A DNA stretch of 64,000 nucleotides, taken from positions 3,454,706 to 3,518,705 of the forward strand of contig NW_003526944.1 in assembly GCF_000181795.1 (NCBI RefSeq). Direction: 5' to 3'. The first letter of the stretch is position 1. Each line of letters opens with the position of its first letter. Positions 1 to 10,928 of this stretch are shown here, one piece after another. Source of the DNA: Trichinella spiralis (lineage: Eukaryota). The notes under the pieces are model-generated. The model was not told where the DNA came from. It was given only the letters and a program-made list of their open reading frames with translations, and did no database searches. The translations under genes and the position numbers were made by a program.

Positions 1-617
1 CAGCAAATGTGATCTCAAGCAAGGGTTTTTTTCAGCCCGACCGCCCCCGCGCCGCCCCCCGCCATCCTGATACGTTAACGGGGACATCCCTCGGCGGAGC
101 CTCCTAGTCCCGTGCATGGCCAGAGACCGCTATCAAAGAGATGACCCTGTCCCATTTGTGTGGAAATGGACGTTGTTTGAAATCGTGTGCAATGGGATCT
201 CAACACTTATGGGAATTGGTAAGACGTATCTGTCTTAGAGGCAGCTTATGCAAATTCGCAATCGACGTAGTGCTGAGACTCTGCTTCAGTGCCAATCTAG
301 TGGTGATCGTTACTCCCCCAAGAGGAACGGTAAGCGTCGCTATGCGTTTGTGTTATTGTTACGCCGGCTCTGACACTTGGCCAATGATTGACATCAGATT
401 TGCCGTCACACCTTTAATTAGTTTATTTGGCGTTGCACCTTTCATCAGTTTAGGCATAATACATTTGAAATTAATCTCCATCGAGAGTTTCCCATTATAA
501 TCATGCTAAATAGTTAAGATCTATTAAAAACTTTTACATTAATTTTTTCATTTAGGAACTTAAATGATATATAAAATATAATGTTCATTCATCTAATAAT
601 TAAGCAAATTCAGTTTT

Positions 618-806
618 TGTTTACATTACACTGTTTTAAAGTAGAAAAGTTTATCAGTTTTTCATTTACATTTCATCCTATAAAAGGTTTTAATTATTCA
701 TTAATTTTATAGTGATAATAATATATTTTTAGTGTAAAGCAGTTTTTTACATTAAATAATGTAATGTCAAAGTAGATTTCTACTTTAAAACAGTGTAATG
801 TAAACA
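618..806. repeat. Perfect 30-bp inverted repeat with 129-bp AT-rich spacer (fold-back/MITE-like)
   Basis: TGTTTACATTACACTGTTTTAAAGTAGAAA at 618-647 is the exact reverse complement of 777-806. Confidence 0.85.
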
Positions 807-1807
807 GTTAAAAGGGATGTAATATGGTAAACATTAAATAAGCATAATTTTATTTATTAATTATTTGTGAATTAGCTATTGTTTGAATATAAATTTTTTA
901 CTTATAGATTGTTAATCGGGGTCTCCTTTAATTAGGCAGTGGCAAAAGTAAACTTGGAATAAATTAAATAAACTATTAGCTTAGACAAGGTGCAACGAGT
1001 ATAATCTTTTGATAAATAGGAAGTAATCTTTTATAAATAGAATGTNNNNNNNNNNGCACACTGGTTTCCTGCGCTCAAAAGCAAATTTAACCACACAAAA
1101 ACTGTAATTTGCCTAATCTCTCTGATGATGTAAAATTTATAAAATAACAACACAAAGTGATAATAATCTCTCTGCATGAAATGTGATATTTCTCCCATCT
1201 GCATATTAGTGAATACTGTGTGCTTAGTATTATTTGATTTGTTTACCCTATTCTTCTGTTAAATTTACACTTATTCGCAAAATAACAAGTAAAAATATAA
1301 ATTTTTCAAACAAATATATTAACTGTACAAAACTGAGAATTCTTTTTAATGTATTTCAATTTCGATGCATATAAAAATTTAAAATGATCAAAATGATCAC
1401 TTAAATATACATCCATTCAAGGAAAAATATCAGGAAAATAAGTTTTTATATTAAATTTTTACCTGATACGGTTTTTTCACTTGTAGTTTAGTTACGCATC
1501 GCCACCGCAAATCGCACATCATCGAAATGAAACAATAACTGTGGATACAACGTTTGCCTTTCTCTGATTGGTCTATTATTCCTCAACCTTCTTATCGGTG
1601 ATTTGGCAATTCACATACTGTATATTAACACATTTTCAGTTATTAATTATGTTTCTATGATCTAATTTTTGAAATATAATTTAACTTAATTGTATAGCCA
1701 TTTTTTTCTTTTTCATATTTCATTTGCTTTCTTTCCTATCTATGGGTTCGATTCTATGTTCTATAAAATAACAATTCCGGTGCAATTGTGTTATAAATGC
1801 TAAAAAA

Positions 1808-2223
1808 ACTTTATGTGCAGTATGAAAAAATATAAAATTGCACTCCAGTATTAGCGTATGTAATTTTTGTTATTTTTTAAAAGGAGTTTTTTTATGTATT
1901 TCTTCATACGCATGGATTTATGTACACTTTGGTAGAGTGCGCATACCAGCACATCAACCACCAGTGGAATACGAACATGCGGACGTTTCCACTGCCAATT
2001 GTAGGAAAATAATTTCTATATTTATAATAACTCCAAATTATGATTATTATGGTCATTTGTTTTTAATTAGTTTGTTTAAGTACAACGTATTAAAAAAGGA
2101 AACATTTTGCAAAAACTTAATTTTACAGTCATAATTTAAATTTACGTGCAGTATAAAAAATAAAAAAATTACATTCCATTATTAACATATGTAATTTTTG
2201 CGATTCTCTGAATGAAGTTTTTT
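1808..2223. repeat. Diverged ~85-bp direct repeat, two copies
   Basis: TTTATGTGCAGTATGAAAAAA...ATGTAATTTTTG (~1808-1893) aligns with TTTACGTGCAGTATAAAAAA...ATGTAATTTTTG (~2140-2223). Confidence 0.65.
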
Positions 2224-2973
2224 TGAAAGTTAAAAATTGTAGTGTGCTAAGATTGTATCCAAGGCTGATTCAACCTTGATATGTTCCAAATTCATGAAGC
2301 GAAACGTGCTTTTTTATACTCAAATCGTGTTGTACAAATCGATTGACCAATTTTAATTAAAATCTTGATGCTTGTCCATCATTCCCTCAAAATAATATTC
2401 AATTCTGCTCTAGCTGTACACCATTAGCTTACAATTATTTGAAATCAAGCTCACAAAACAAAGAGCAATATTGAATTTGTTGCGAATTTTCATGTTGTTC
2501 ATTGATATTGGTACAGACAGAAAATAAAATTATGCACGCGGCATGTGAATTCCCAAAATTTTATTTCATGTCTGATATTTAATTTTTCGTTCTTTATGAA
2601 AATAATTTTTCGTTTAAGTAAAATTCCACTCTTTTGCGTAGTGTTTTGCATAAAAATACTGTAATTGCATTGAACAATTAGACGATGTTGATTTAAAAAA
2701 ACAGTTTACAATGACTCTCAAATCAGGCCAGCGTTGAGTAATTTAAAATTAAAAATGACCCAGATAAGTGAAACTCATGAACACAAAAAATTGCGCGCCA
2801 CTACTTCAAGCTTTGTGACAGTGCGCAAGTATGAAAATGCTCTGGTCAAGGCTTAACGAAGAATTTGCTGGTTTATGCTTGTTTGAAAATTTGAAACTTT
2901 GGATTTTTAAAATTCATTTTTGAATTCATTCCATTGTAAAATTTATTGCATTTCTTTCTTTTAGTTTGCATTC

Positions 2974-3221
2974 TGTTGATGAAAGGAACAATTCATGTTG
3001 AAACCTGATATTTAATATACTGTAGTAACGGATAGATGCATACATAGTCCGTGTGTGTGTGTTTGCATATATACCTTGTGTTTTAATAAACTTTGTTCCG
3101 TCACTTTGTTTGTTGTGCTTCTTTGACTCCTTTCTCTAGCAACTGTGTTTGTGTCATTTGATCTTACATCTGTTGTCTCGATTTACGTGATAATACAGAT
3201 CAAACTCAGCAAACCTCAACA
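2974..3221 (+). repeat. 5' LTR (248 bp)
   Basis: Begins TGTTGA, ends TCAACA (terminal inverted repeat); contains TATATA and AATAAA (3085-3090); repeated at 7177-7428. Confidence 0.97.
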
Positions 3222-3235
3222 GGTTATGGGCCCAG
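3222..3235 (+). promoter_or_regulatory. Primer-binding site complementary to the internal (anticodon-arm) region of initiator tRNA-Met (half-tRNA priming)
   Basis: GGTTATGGGCCCAG immediately follows the LTR; it is the reverse complement of CTGGGCCCATAACC in tRNA-iMet, the PBS type known from Drosophila copia. Confidence 0.92.
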
Positions 3236-3288
3236 ACCACGTAGCATCTGCGCTGAAGATCTGAATGGTAAATCGTTGAGATAACTGT

Positions 3289-6200
3289 ATGATGGATTTC
3301 AAGTTACAAGTTGACAAACTTGAAAGTGCAAGTAACTGGAGTCGCTGGAAAAGGCAAATTCAGCTTGTGTTGCGTCATCATGCTGTTCTTGAAGTCGCTA
3401 CTGGTAAGAAGGTAGCCCCGATGGCGCCACCTGCTGGCAGTAATGCTGAGAATTTGAAAAAGCATGAAGAGGCACTGAAGGCTTTTGAAAAGGAAGATAC
3501 TCTTGCCCAGCTTATTCTTGTCAGTTCAATGAATGATGCCAATGTTGAGCTGACGGCCACATCTAAATCTTCAGCGGAAATTTGGCAGAAGCTGACCGCT
3601 GTGTATGAACAAAGCAGTGGTCAACGTGTGGATAGATTGATGGAAGAGTTCTTCAAGTGTGCAAAAGCTGAAACGGAAGACATGGCAAGGTATGTCGCCA
3701 GACTACAGAAGCTTTTCTCAGATTTGAATGATGAACTGGAAAGACTGACTGGCACTCAATTACCTGATCTGCTGTTAATGAGCAGAATTATGTCAACGCT
3801 GCCTCAAGACTACTTTGAGTTTAAAACCGTTTGGGAAAGCGTGCCTGTTGGCGAACGCTCTGTTAATTTGTTGATAGAGCGCCTACGGCTAATCGAGATG
3901 CGACTCCCTGAAAAGACGACCGACTCATCAGTTGCGTTGACGGTGAAAACAAATACCAAAGAAAGTGTCAAAAAGGACAGAAGAAAGTGTTTCAAATGTC
4001 ATCGTATTGGACACCTCGCCAAAAATTGTACGATGAAGACAGTGAGGAATGCGGGGCAGTCACAGCAGTCGTTTGGTGGCGAGAGTTTCTTCTGTTACCA
4101 CGCTGAGGACAACAGAAACACCTGTAGAATGTGGCTAGCCGACTCTGGTGCCTCACAGCATATGACACGTAACAAGGAATACTTGTCGGACTTTGTGACA
4201 TTTCCAAAGCCTGTGAATGTGAAAGTCGGAAACGGCGATGCCATACCTGCCTATGGCCACGGAACTGTAAACTTTAAGGTGTTCATTAAAGGAAAATGGA
4301 TACTGAACAGGATGGAAGATGTCTGGTATGTGCCCAAGCTAGGATTGAACTTGTTCTCTATTGGAAAAGCCACGGAAAAAGGTTTCAACTTCACTGCAAA
4401 CGCGGCTGGATGTACCTTTCGCAAAAATGGCTGCGTGAAGCTGTCTGGTGTGCGTAACCTGAATGGGGTTTATGAGCTGCATATGCGAGTCTGCATTCCG
4501 GAGAAGCCTGCATACGTACATATGAGTACCGCGAATGCTTCGCTGCAATTGTGGCATGAGAGGCTATGCCATCAAAATAAACGACACGTGCAGCAAGTGC
4601 TGAACAACCATGGCATCAAAGTGCATGCCCAAGAGCAGTTCTGCACTGGTTGTGTTTTGGGGAAGCATCATCGTGAAAGCTTTCAGTCACGGAAGTACAG
4701 GCCAAGGGCTCCAGGCAAATTGATACACGTTGACCTGTGCGGACCCATGCATGTGACTTCTTTGGGTGGGTCAAAGTACTTCCTCGTTTTCAAAGATGAT
4801 TTCTCACGTTACCGTCGAGTTTTCTTTTTGAAGAGAAAAGATGATGTGGCTCAGTGCCTTGAAACCTTCCTTAATGAGTCACGCACAGCTGGAAACACAG
4901 TGGAGTGCATTTTGAGCGATGGTGGACTTGAGTTCAACAACGCTCATGTAAAGGATATTCTGCAGCGTCGAGGGGTTGCTATGCGTACCGCTATGCCTTA
5001 TACGCCGGAACAGAATGGAGTGGCAGAGCGTGAGAACAGGATACTGGTTGAAACCGGTAGATCCATGCTCCATTCAAAAGATCTTCCACTTTATCTGTGG
5101 GCTGAAGCAGTGAACACAGCTTGTTATGTACTGAACCGAACTGGTCCCACGACCGTGAAAGGGAAATCTCCAATAGAACTGTGGTTCAAACGAGATCCCG
5201 TGTCCATTGATCATTTCCACGTTTTTGGAACTGAATGTTTTGTACACGTTCCCAAGCAACGTCGGCGGAAATGGGAAAAGAAATCAGTTGCTGGACGGTT
5301 TATGGGATACTGTGATGAGAAGGATGGTTATAGAATCTGGTTGCCAGACATCAATCAGATTGTTACCAGTCGGGATATCTTGTTTAAGCCAGAAGAGATC
5401 CGTTTGTCATCAAAGATGTCCGTTAAAGCAGATTCGTCTGAGAAGAATGAAGAGGAAGATGATCCTGATGCAGAAGAACTGAGACTGGAATTGAATTCTC
5501 AGTGGACATCAAAAGAAGCGGAATGTGAAGTCGAGACGAAAATGGAGCAAGAGGAAGACGCACTTAGCAGCAAACGGGTCAGAAAGATGCCGAATTATCT
5601 TTCTGACTACGTGCTAACAGTTCAGACACCACCTCCATCATCATTTCATGAGGCAATGCAATCTGTTGATGCTGCAGATTGGCGAAAGGCCATGGAAGAA
5701 GAACTGCATTCCCTCGAGGAGAACTCAGTGTGGACATTAGTAGATCCCCCGTCTGGAAAGAAAGTCTTGGACAGTCGATGGGTTTTGCGCATCAAAACAA
5801 AAGCTGATGGAAGTGTAGCCAGATATAAAGCACGTCTGGTTGCTAAAGGTTACATGCAAAGGCCCGGCATTGACTATGATGAGACCTTCAGCCCGGTGGC
5901 TCGTTTTGATACTGTACGTGCACTCCTAAGCATCGCCGCAGTGGAAAGGTTGAAGCTTCAACAGTTTGATGTAAAGACTGCATTTCTGTATGGTGCGCTG
6001 AAGGAAGAAGTGTACGTGAAGCAACCGGAAGGATTCGAAAATGGTACGAATCAAGTTTACAAACTGAACCGTAGTTTGTATGGCTTAAAGCAAGCTCCTC
6101 GCTGTTGGAACCTGAGATTGGTGGAGTTCCTGAGAAAACAAGGTCTGAAACAGAGCACAGCAGACCCCTGTCTGTTTGCTCGCATGAAAGAAAGATCAAA

Positions 6201-7170
6201 ACTGCTTGTGGCGATTTATGTTGATGATGGAATAGTGGCTGGTTCTGACACCGACGAGATGGAACAATTCCTTGCAGTGATGAAAAAGGAGTTCCAAATA
6301 AAGCAAGGACCCCTGGACACCTTTCTTGGTATGGGAATCAAAGTGCTTAGCGATGGGTCAATTTTTGCTGGTCAACAAGCGTATATTCGTCATATATTGA
6401 AACGCTTCCGTCTAGACGAAGCAAATGCCGTCTCGACACCGGCTGAAATTAATGTTTCAATGGAAGAAAGGGAAGAACATCTAAGTTCAGATATTCCATA
6501 TCGTGAAGCTGTGGGAGCTCTCATGTTCTTGATGACAGCAACGAGACCTGACATTGCCTACGCTGTTAGTACTGTATCACAAGTGATGGACAAGCCGACC
6601 ATCAAAGCTTGGCAGGCAGTCAAAAGAATTTTCAGATACCTTCGCGGAACCGCTGATTATGGTCTGTTGTACCAGGCAAAAGGAGAAGGATTTCTGAAAG
6701 GCTACTCAGATGCAGATTACGCAGGTGACGTCACGACTCGACGTTCACGTACTGGCGTTGTCTGCATGTGTGCAGGAGGAGCCGTGTTGTGGCATAGTCA
6801 AAAGCAGAGAAGCGTTGCATTGTCAACAACGGAGGCAGAATATGTCGCTGCTAGTGAAGCCGCTAAAGACATGATGTGGCTGATGACACTATTTGCTGAA
6901 GTCACAGAAGTGAAACAAAAGCCGATACTGTTTGTGGACAACATGGGAGCCGTCAAGCTCTCCAAGAATCCAGAGTTCCACAAACGTTCGAAGCACATTG
7001 ATGTGCGATTTCACTTCGTTCGTGAAAAATATAATGAGGGCAAAATCGACATCCAGCACATCGATAGTGAAAACCAGAAGGCCGACATATTGACGAAAGC
7101 TCTGCCAAAGACTCGTTTTCAAAATTTGCGTCAGCAATTAGGAATTGTTTCTGAGCACATGAATTGTTAG
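3289..7170 (+). CDS. Copia gag-pol polyprotein, 1293 aa, uninterrupted
   Basis: CCHC knuckle CFKCHRIGHLAKNC; protease WLADSGASQHM; integrase HHCC (WHERLCH...CTGC) and DDE (HVDLCGP, SDGGLEF, QNGVAERENR); RT (KARLVAKGY, FDVKTAFL, YVDD); RNase H (YSDADYAG, TEAEYVA, VDN, ADILTK). Confidence 0.98.
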   Translation: MMDFKLQVDKLESASNWSRWKRQIQLVLRHHAVLEVATGKKVAPMAPPAGSNAENLKKHEEALKAFEKEDTLAQLILVSSMNDANVELTATSKSSAEIWQKLTAVYEQSSGQRVDRLMEEFFKCAKAETEDMARYVARLQKLFSDLNDELERLTGTQLPDLLLMSRIMSTLPQDYFEFKTVWESVPVGERSVNLLIERLRLIEMRLPEKTTDSSVALTVKTNTKESVKKDRRKCFKCHRIGHLAKNCTMKTVRNAGQSQQSFGGESFFCYHAEDNRNTCRMWLADSGASQHMTRNKEYLSDFVTFPKPVNVKVGNGDAIPAYGHGTVNFKVFIKGKWILNRMEDVWYVPKLGLNLFSIGKATEKGFNFTANAAGCTFRKNGCVKLSGVRNLNGVYELHMRVCIPEKPAYVHMSTANASLQLWHERLCHQNKRHVQQVLNNHGIKVHAQEQFCTGCVLGKHHRESFQSRKYRPRAPGKLIHVDLCGPMHVTSLGGSKYFLVFKDDFSRYRRVFFLKRKDDVAQCLETFLNESRTAGNTVECILSDGGLEFNNAHVKDILQRRGVAMRTAMPYTPEQNGVAERENRILVETGRSMLHSKDLPLYLWAEAVNTACYVLNRTGPTTVKGKSPIELWFKRDPVSIDHFHVFGTECFVHVPKQRRRKWEKKSVAGRFMGYCDEKDGYRIWLPDINQIVTSRDILFKPEEIRLSSKMSVKADSSEKNEEEDDPDAEELRLELNSQWTSKEAECEVETKMEQEEDALSSKRVRKMPNYLSDYVLTVQTPPPSSFHEAMQSVDAADWRKAMEEELHSLEENSVWTLVDPPSGKKVLDSRWVLRIKTKADGSVARYKARLVAKGYMQRPGIDYDETFSPVARFDTVRALLSIAAVERLKLQQFDVKTAFLYGALKEEVYVKQPEGFENGTNQVYKLNRSLYGLKQAPRCWNLRLVEFLRKQGLKQSTADPCLFARMKERSKLLVAIYVDDGIVAGSDTDEMEQFLAVMKKEFQIKQGPLDTFLGMGIKVLSDGSIFAGQQAYIRHILKRFRLDEANAVSTPAEINVSMEEREEHLSSDIPYREAVGALMFLMTATRPDIAYAVSTVSQVMDKPTIKAWQAVKRIFRYLRGTADYGLLYQAKGEGFLKGYSDADYAGDVTTRRSRTGVVCMCAGGAVLWHSQKQRSVALSTTEAEYVAASEAAKDMMWLMTLFAEVTEVKQKPILFVDNMGAVKLSKNPEFHKRSKHIDVRFHFVREKYNEGKIDIQHIDSENQKADILTKALPKTRFQNLRQQLGIVSEHMNC

Positions 7171-7176
7171 AGGAAG
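7169..7176 (+). promoter_or_regulatory. Polypurine tract
   Basis: AGAGGAAG directly 5' of the 3' LTR, overlapping the TAG stop of pol. Confidence 0.8.
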
Positions 7177-7428
7177 TGTTGATGAAAGGAACAATTCATG
7201 TTGAAACCTGATATTTAATATACTGTAGTAACGGATAGATGCATACATAGTCCGTGTGTGTGTGTTTGCATATATACCTTGTGTTTTAATAAACTTTGTT
7301 CCGTCACTTTGTTTGTTGTGCTTCTTTGACTCCTTTCTCTAGCAACTGTGTTTGTGTCATTTTGATCTTACATCTGTTGTCTCGATTTTACGTGAATAAT
7401 ACAGATCAAACTCAGCAAACCCTCAACA
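7177..7428 (+). repeat. 3' LTR (252 bp)
   Basis: Matches the 5' LTR by eye except for four single-base homopolymer expansions in its last ~70 bp, close to the gap at 7454. Confidence 0.97.
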
Positions 7429-7659
7429 CATTTCCCAATGTGGAATTTGGAACNNNNNNNNNNTTTGACGTTCTCCTCTAATTCATTTACAGTTATAACA
7501 TTTCCTTATTGATAAGCATTATTTAAATTTGCATACAGTTTATACTGTATTGTACATACAACAAAAACAGTTTGTTTTAATATACAATTTCAAGTTCTGT
7601 TTTTTCCTCCATTTTCATTCTTTACTGTAAATGTTCACAGAAATAATGGTTGAATTCAA

Positions 7660-8850
7660 TTTGATACCGTGCTTTGCTATGCCTTCGTGTTGAATAGGGC
7701 ATGATTTGAAACTACACACACTAATTAATTAACGTGGCATGGAAGCGTTATCAATAGCGGAGCTCATGTTCATTGGATTAACGTGGGGAGCACGGGCCTA
7801 GGTAAAGAGTTGAAAGCGCGCTGCGGTGCTATGACATGTATGCTTAATTTTTCTAGCGGATTGTGTTGAATGCTTGAAATTTTTATGAACCGCAGAATTT
7901 TTGTAATAACTTTCCCTTCAATGAATAAAACGAAATGAGAAAATCAATAATGAGCCCATAAATAATTTGTACAACATCAGTAAGAACAGCAAAGTACCAT
8001 TCTTTGGTTTTCCTTTACGTTTTCTAAGTCGGAAGTTCGTAGTTAACCGTAAATGACTTGTATATTATGAAATAAGTTCATCAAATAGTGCTGGCGTTCA
8101 AACTTTCCTTTATTTGATGATAATCTGTTTGGCTTTTTCTATAATAGCGTTACAGTCGTCTGGGTCGTTGAATGCCGTGCTTTGCTATGCTTCAGCGTTG
8201 CGCGGGGGTTTATATGCATTGCACGTATTAATTAACGTGGCATGGTTACGTTATCAATAGCGTAGCGCTTGTTCGCTTGATTAACGTGGCTAGCTAATGC
8301 CTGGGCAAAGCGTTGAAAGATCACTGCTGAGTTATGAATTGTACGTTTAATGTTTGGAGCGGGTTGTGGTGAATATTCACAAAACACACATAAGATGAAG
8401 CTGGTATGAGGCATTGGTTTTCTTGTAATTACTAATCGTTGATTTCATGAAATGAAAAGTACATCCCAGTAATTTGCTCATAAATGATTTGCGCTGCACA
8501 TCTTAGAAGAGCTGGATACTGCTTTTTCAGTTTTCCATTTTTTAATTCAAAAAATTACAAACGTATTGTAATTGTCTTGTATATCATCAAATAAGCTCAT
8601 TAAATAATGCAGATTTCGAAAATCTCATTTCTTATGTTATTCTGGTTGGTTTTTTGTACAATAGCCCTTCATCCGTGTTGGACGTTGAATGCCGTGCTTT
8701 GCCATGCTTTAGCATTGCGCGTATTAATTAACGTGGCATGGTTGCGTTAGCAATAACGCAGTTAATTCCGTTAATTCGCTTGCGGTGTACGGGCCTAGTC
8801 AATGCATTTACTTTACTGCTGCAGTGTTTATAATTGTACTTTCAATGGTA
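7660..8850. repeat. Diverged tandem repeat, ~510-bp period, about 2.3 units with three copies of a conserved core
   Basis: CCGTGCTTTGCYATGC at 7667, 8175 and 8692 (spacing 508 and 517); invariant ATTAATTAACGTGGCATGG at 7724, 8227 and 8723; the spacers are also alignable but much more diverged. Confidence 0.9.
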
Positions 8851-9942
8851 ACATGACATTTTCCCTTTTCCTCAACAATTCGAGAATTTCTAATGTTTAT
8901 ATATATATATGTATATGTGGTTTCTTTCTATTTGATTTTCGTTTGATTGCATTCATTCCTCATATCTTTTAAATGGTTACTTTGTGTTAATAAAATATTT
9001 CCCTGGACATGAGTAGCGCATTATGATAAAAATATTATTTTTATGCGACGTGTTGTATCTAGATTATTTAAATTAATATAATTTTAATGCTTGCGGCAAT
9101 GTTTCCGTTTGCCTTTTTACGATTCACAGCTGCATTTTAATTTTATCATTTGTTTGTTTGTGCTTTAGGTTTATTTTAGGTATGGAATTCTTTGGAATTC
9201 ATCTTTTTCGGAATTGTATTTCTTTTGAAATGCACTTCTTGCATTTGTTCCTCATATTAGATTCTCATACGTTCATCTCCCAGAGCAAAAACGCTGCGTT
9301 GCTCTGGATAGTTGAACGTTAATATTCATAACATTGTGAAAATGATTTTTCGTCTTTGATGTAGATTGGAAATTTTTGTGTAATTTAATAAAAATGTTTT
9401 TCATACTGCTGCCGTTTTCTAATAAAACGTTTTTAGAAAGTAATTAAAAAATTACTGGCACATTTCGAAACCAAATAAGTGTTTTGCTGATGAATGCCAT
9501 TCTTGAACTCATAGTTCAGCATTCCTCAACTCTAGAATACAAATGCTAACTGTACTCTCTTAATAAACGCAAAATATGCATGTAGTGTTTTTTCAAAAAA
9601 CTGCAGCTCAGGCAAAATTGACTTCATCGTTTGAATCAGAACGACATCTACTGAACATTTTCATTTTCGATTTCAATTGTAATTTTAACATTATTCAAGC
9701 ACCCAGAGGAAATTTCTGACAATTTCATAGGTATTTAAGAATGGAATAATGACAATCCGAAGTTCAAATGTAAAATATTACGTCATCATCATAGCTTTAC
9801 CTAATTATATCAGTAATAACTTCATATATATCATTATTTGCTTCCACAAAATGCTACGTCAAAACCATGCACGTTCTTCCTAATGAGCAATTAGTACACT
9901 TTATAATAATGTTTCTATACCGTTACGCTAAAACTGAGCAAA

Positions 9943-10430
9943 AATGAATTCACATCACCCAAGGCAATGTCATATTATTCTATTTCCTTGAAATTCAAAT
10001 ACTTTCGACAATGTCATCTTCACGCTTATTCATAGTCTTCATAGTAAACAGCGTAAAGAACGTCCCTCAAGAAGTGCAATAAAATCTCCTCTTCAGTATA
10101 ATCGATGGTTAAAAGGTTAGTGATTTTTACAGTTATACTAACGTTCTATGTAGGTATCACAACAGACAATATGTTGGTTGCAAATTAATACACAAAGAAT
10201 TCGCCAATCTGAAATTCTCATTATACGCAACTAGCATGCGTGAGTTTCCCCAAATGGAACACCTTGCGTATATTCGTAAAGGAATCATTTAACATTTGAT
10301 GCCTCAAACGATATTTTTTGCATTTCTGCGATCAAATTTCCTCCATTTATGGCCATTTTGATTAATTTGATCGAAGGTGTTTCCAATCGGCATGATCTTG
10401 ACATAGAACATCCGACAATACTAACTTTAT
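9943..10430 (+). pseudogene. Decayed coding remnant paralogous to the 13627-14200 ORF (family not recognised)
   Basis: 9943-10035 translates NEFTSPKAMSYYSISLKFKYFRQCHLHAYS*, similar to SELILPKAMSYANSVDLTLYKLEEFHPHGYL at ~13634; in-frame stops follow; 3' limit approximate. Confidence 0.5.
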
Positions 10431-10550
10431 ATTAATTTATCTATTTATAATGTACCATTGGAAGAATTTCCAACGATATTTTGCTTTCACTTTGAAAAAT
10501 ACCTGATTGTCCTATTATATGCTTTTCATATCTTTTATTTGTTAAAAACT

Positions 10551-10605
10551 ATCATTTCAGGCATTACTATGCCTTTTCATCATTTCAGGCATTACTATGC
10601 CTTTT
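10551..10605. repeat. Exact 27-bp tandem duplication containing a small hairpin
   Basis: ATCATTTCAGGCATTACTATGCCTTTT at 10551 and 10579; AGGCAT/ATGCCT stem. Confidence 0.85.
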
Positions 10606-10928
10606 ATATCATCTTTATTGATCAATCAGCTTAGCAATGATATGAAAAGTATGGTTCTTTGAGTATATTTTCGCTTTCCAACACTCCTGGCATACCGCTT
10701 ATGAAAATGCATTGAAAATGGAATAGTTTGCGTAAGCCTTAATTGGAAATGCAATACAAATAAATTAATTAACAATCCATCACAAGTGAACTTATAGATA
10801 CAATGAATTAGCTAAGCTGCCAAGAAAATTTAACATTTATAGAAGAGAGGAAGTGAATATTGCGTCAGAATTGCATTCTCCTGTCATAATTTTCGCTAAT
10901 ATCTATTTGAGAAGAGTAGTCAAACAAA

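Larger units (their letters stand above)
2974..7428 (+). mobile_element. Full-length Ty1/copia LTR retrotransposon (4455 bp)
   Basis: Two TG...CA LTRs, PBS directly after the 5' LTR, PPT directly before the 3' LTR, and one intact gag-pol ORF in copia domain order (PR-IN-RT-RH). Probable 5-bp TSD: CATTC at 2969-2973 versus CATTTC at 7429-7434 (one extra T, matching other homopolymer over-calls near the gap). Confidence 0.98.

Noticed and set aside
141..500. 119-aa ORF as a gene
   Set aside because: No recognisable motif or splice context.
3378..7137. Short antisense and alternate-frame ORFs inside the copia ORF
   Set aside because: Shadow ORFs of a long, GC-richer coding sequence.
7355..7434. 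LTR differences and imperfect TSD as a sign of element age
   Set aside because: All are single-base homopolymer expansions clustered at a contig end; most likely read errors.
8232..8414. 60-aa minus-strand ORF in repeat unit 2 as a small peptide family
   Set aside because: The equivalent frame in unit 1 has an internal TAG and mostly non-synonymous changes.
7724..8760. Repeat core as nematode stem-bulge RNA/Y RNA (TTATC motif) or as a CRISPR array
   Set aside because: TTATC is missing in unit 3, the sbRNA terminal stem and oligo-T terminator are not evident; spacers are ~500 bp and homologous, with no cas genes and a eukaryotic context.
10558..10605. Hairpin plus T-run resembling an intrinsic terminator
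   Set aside because: Eukaryotic context, weak 6-bp stem, explained by a simple tandem duplication.
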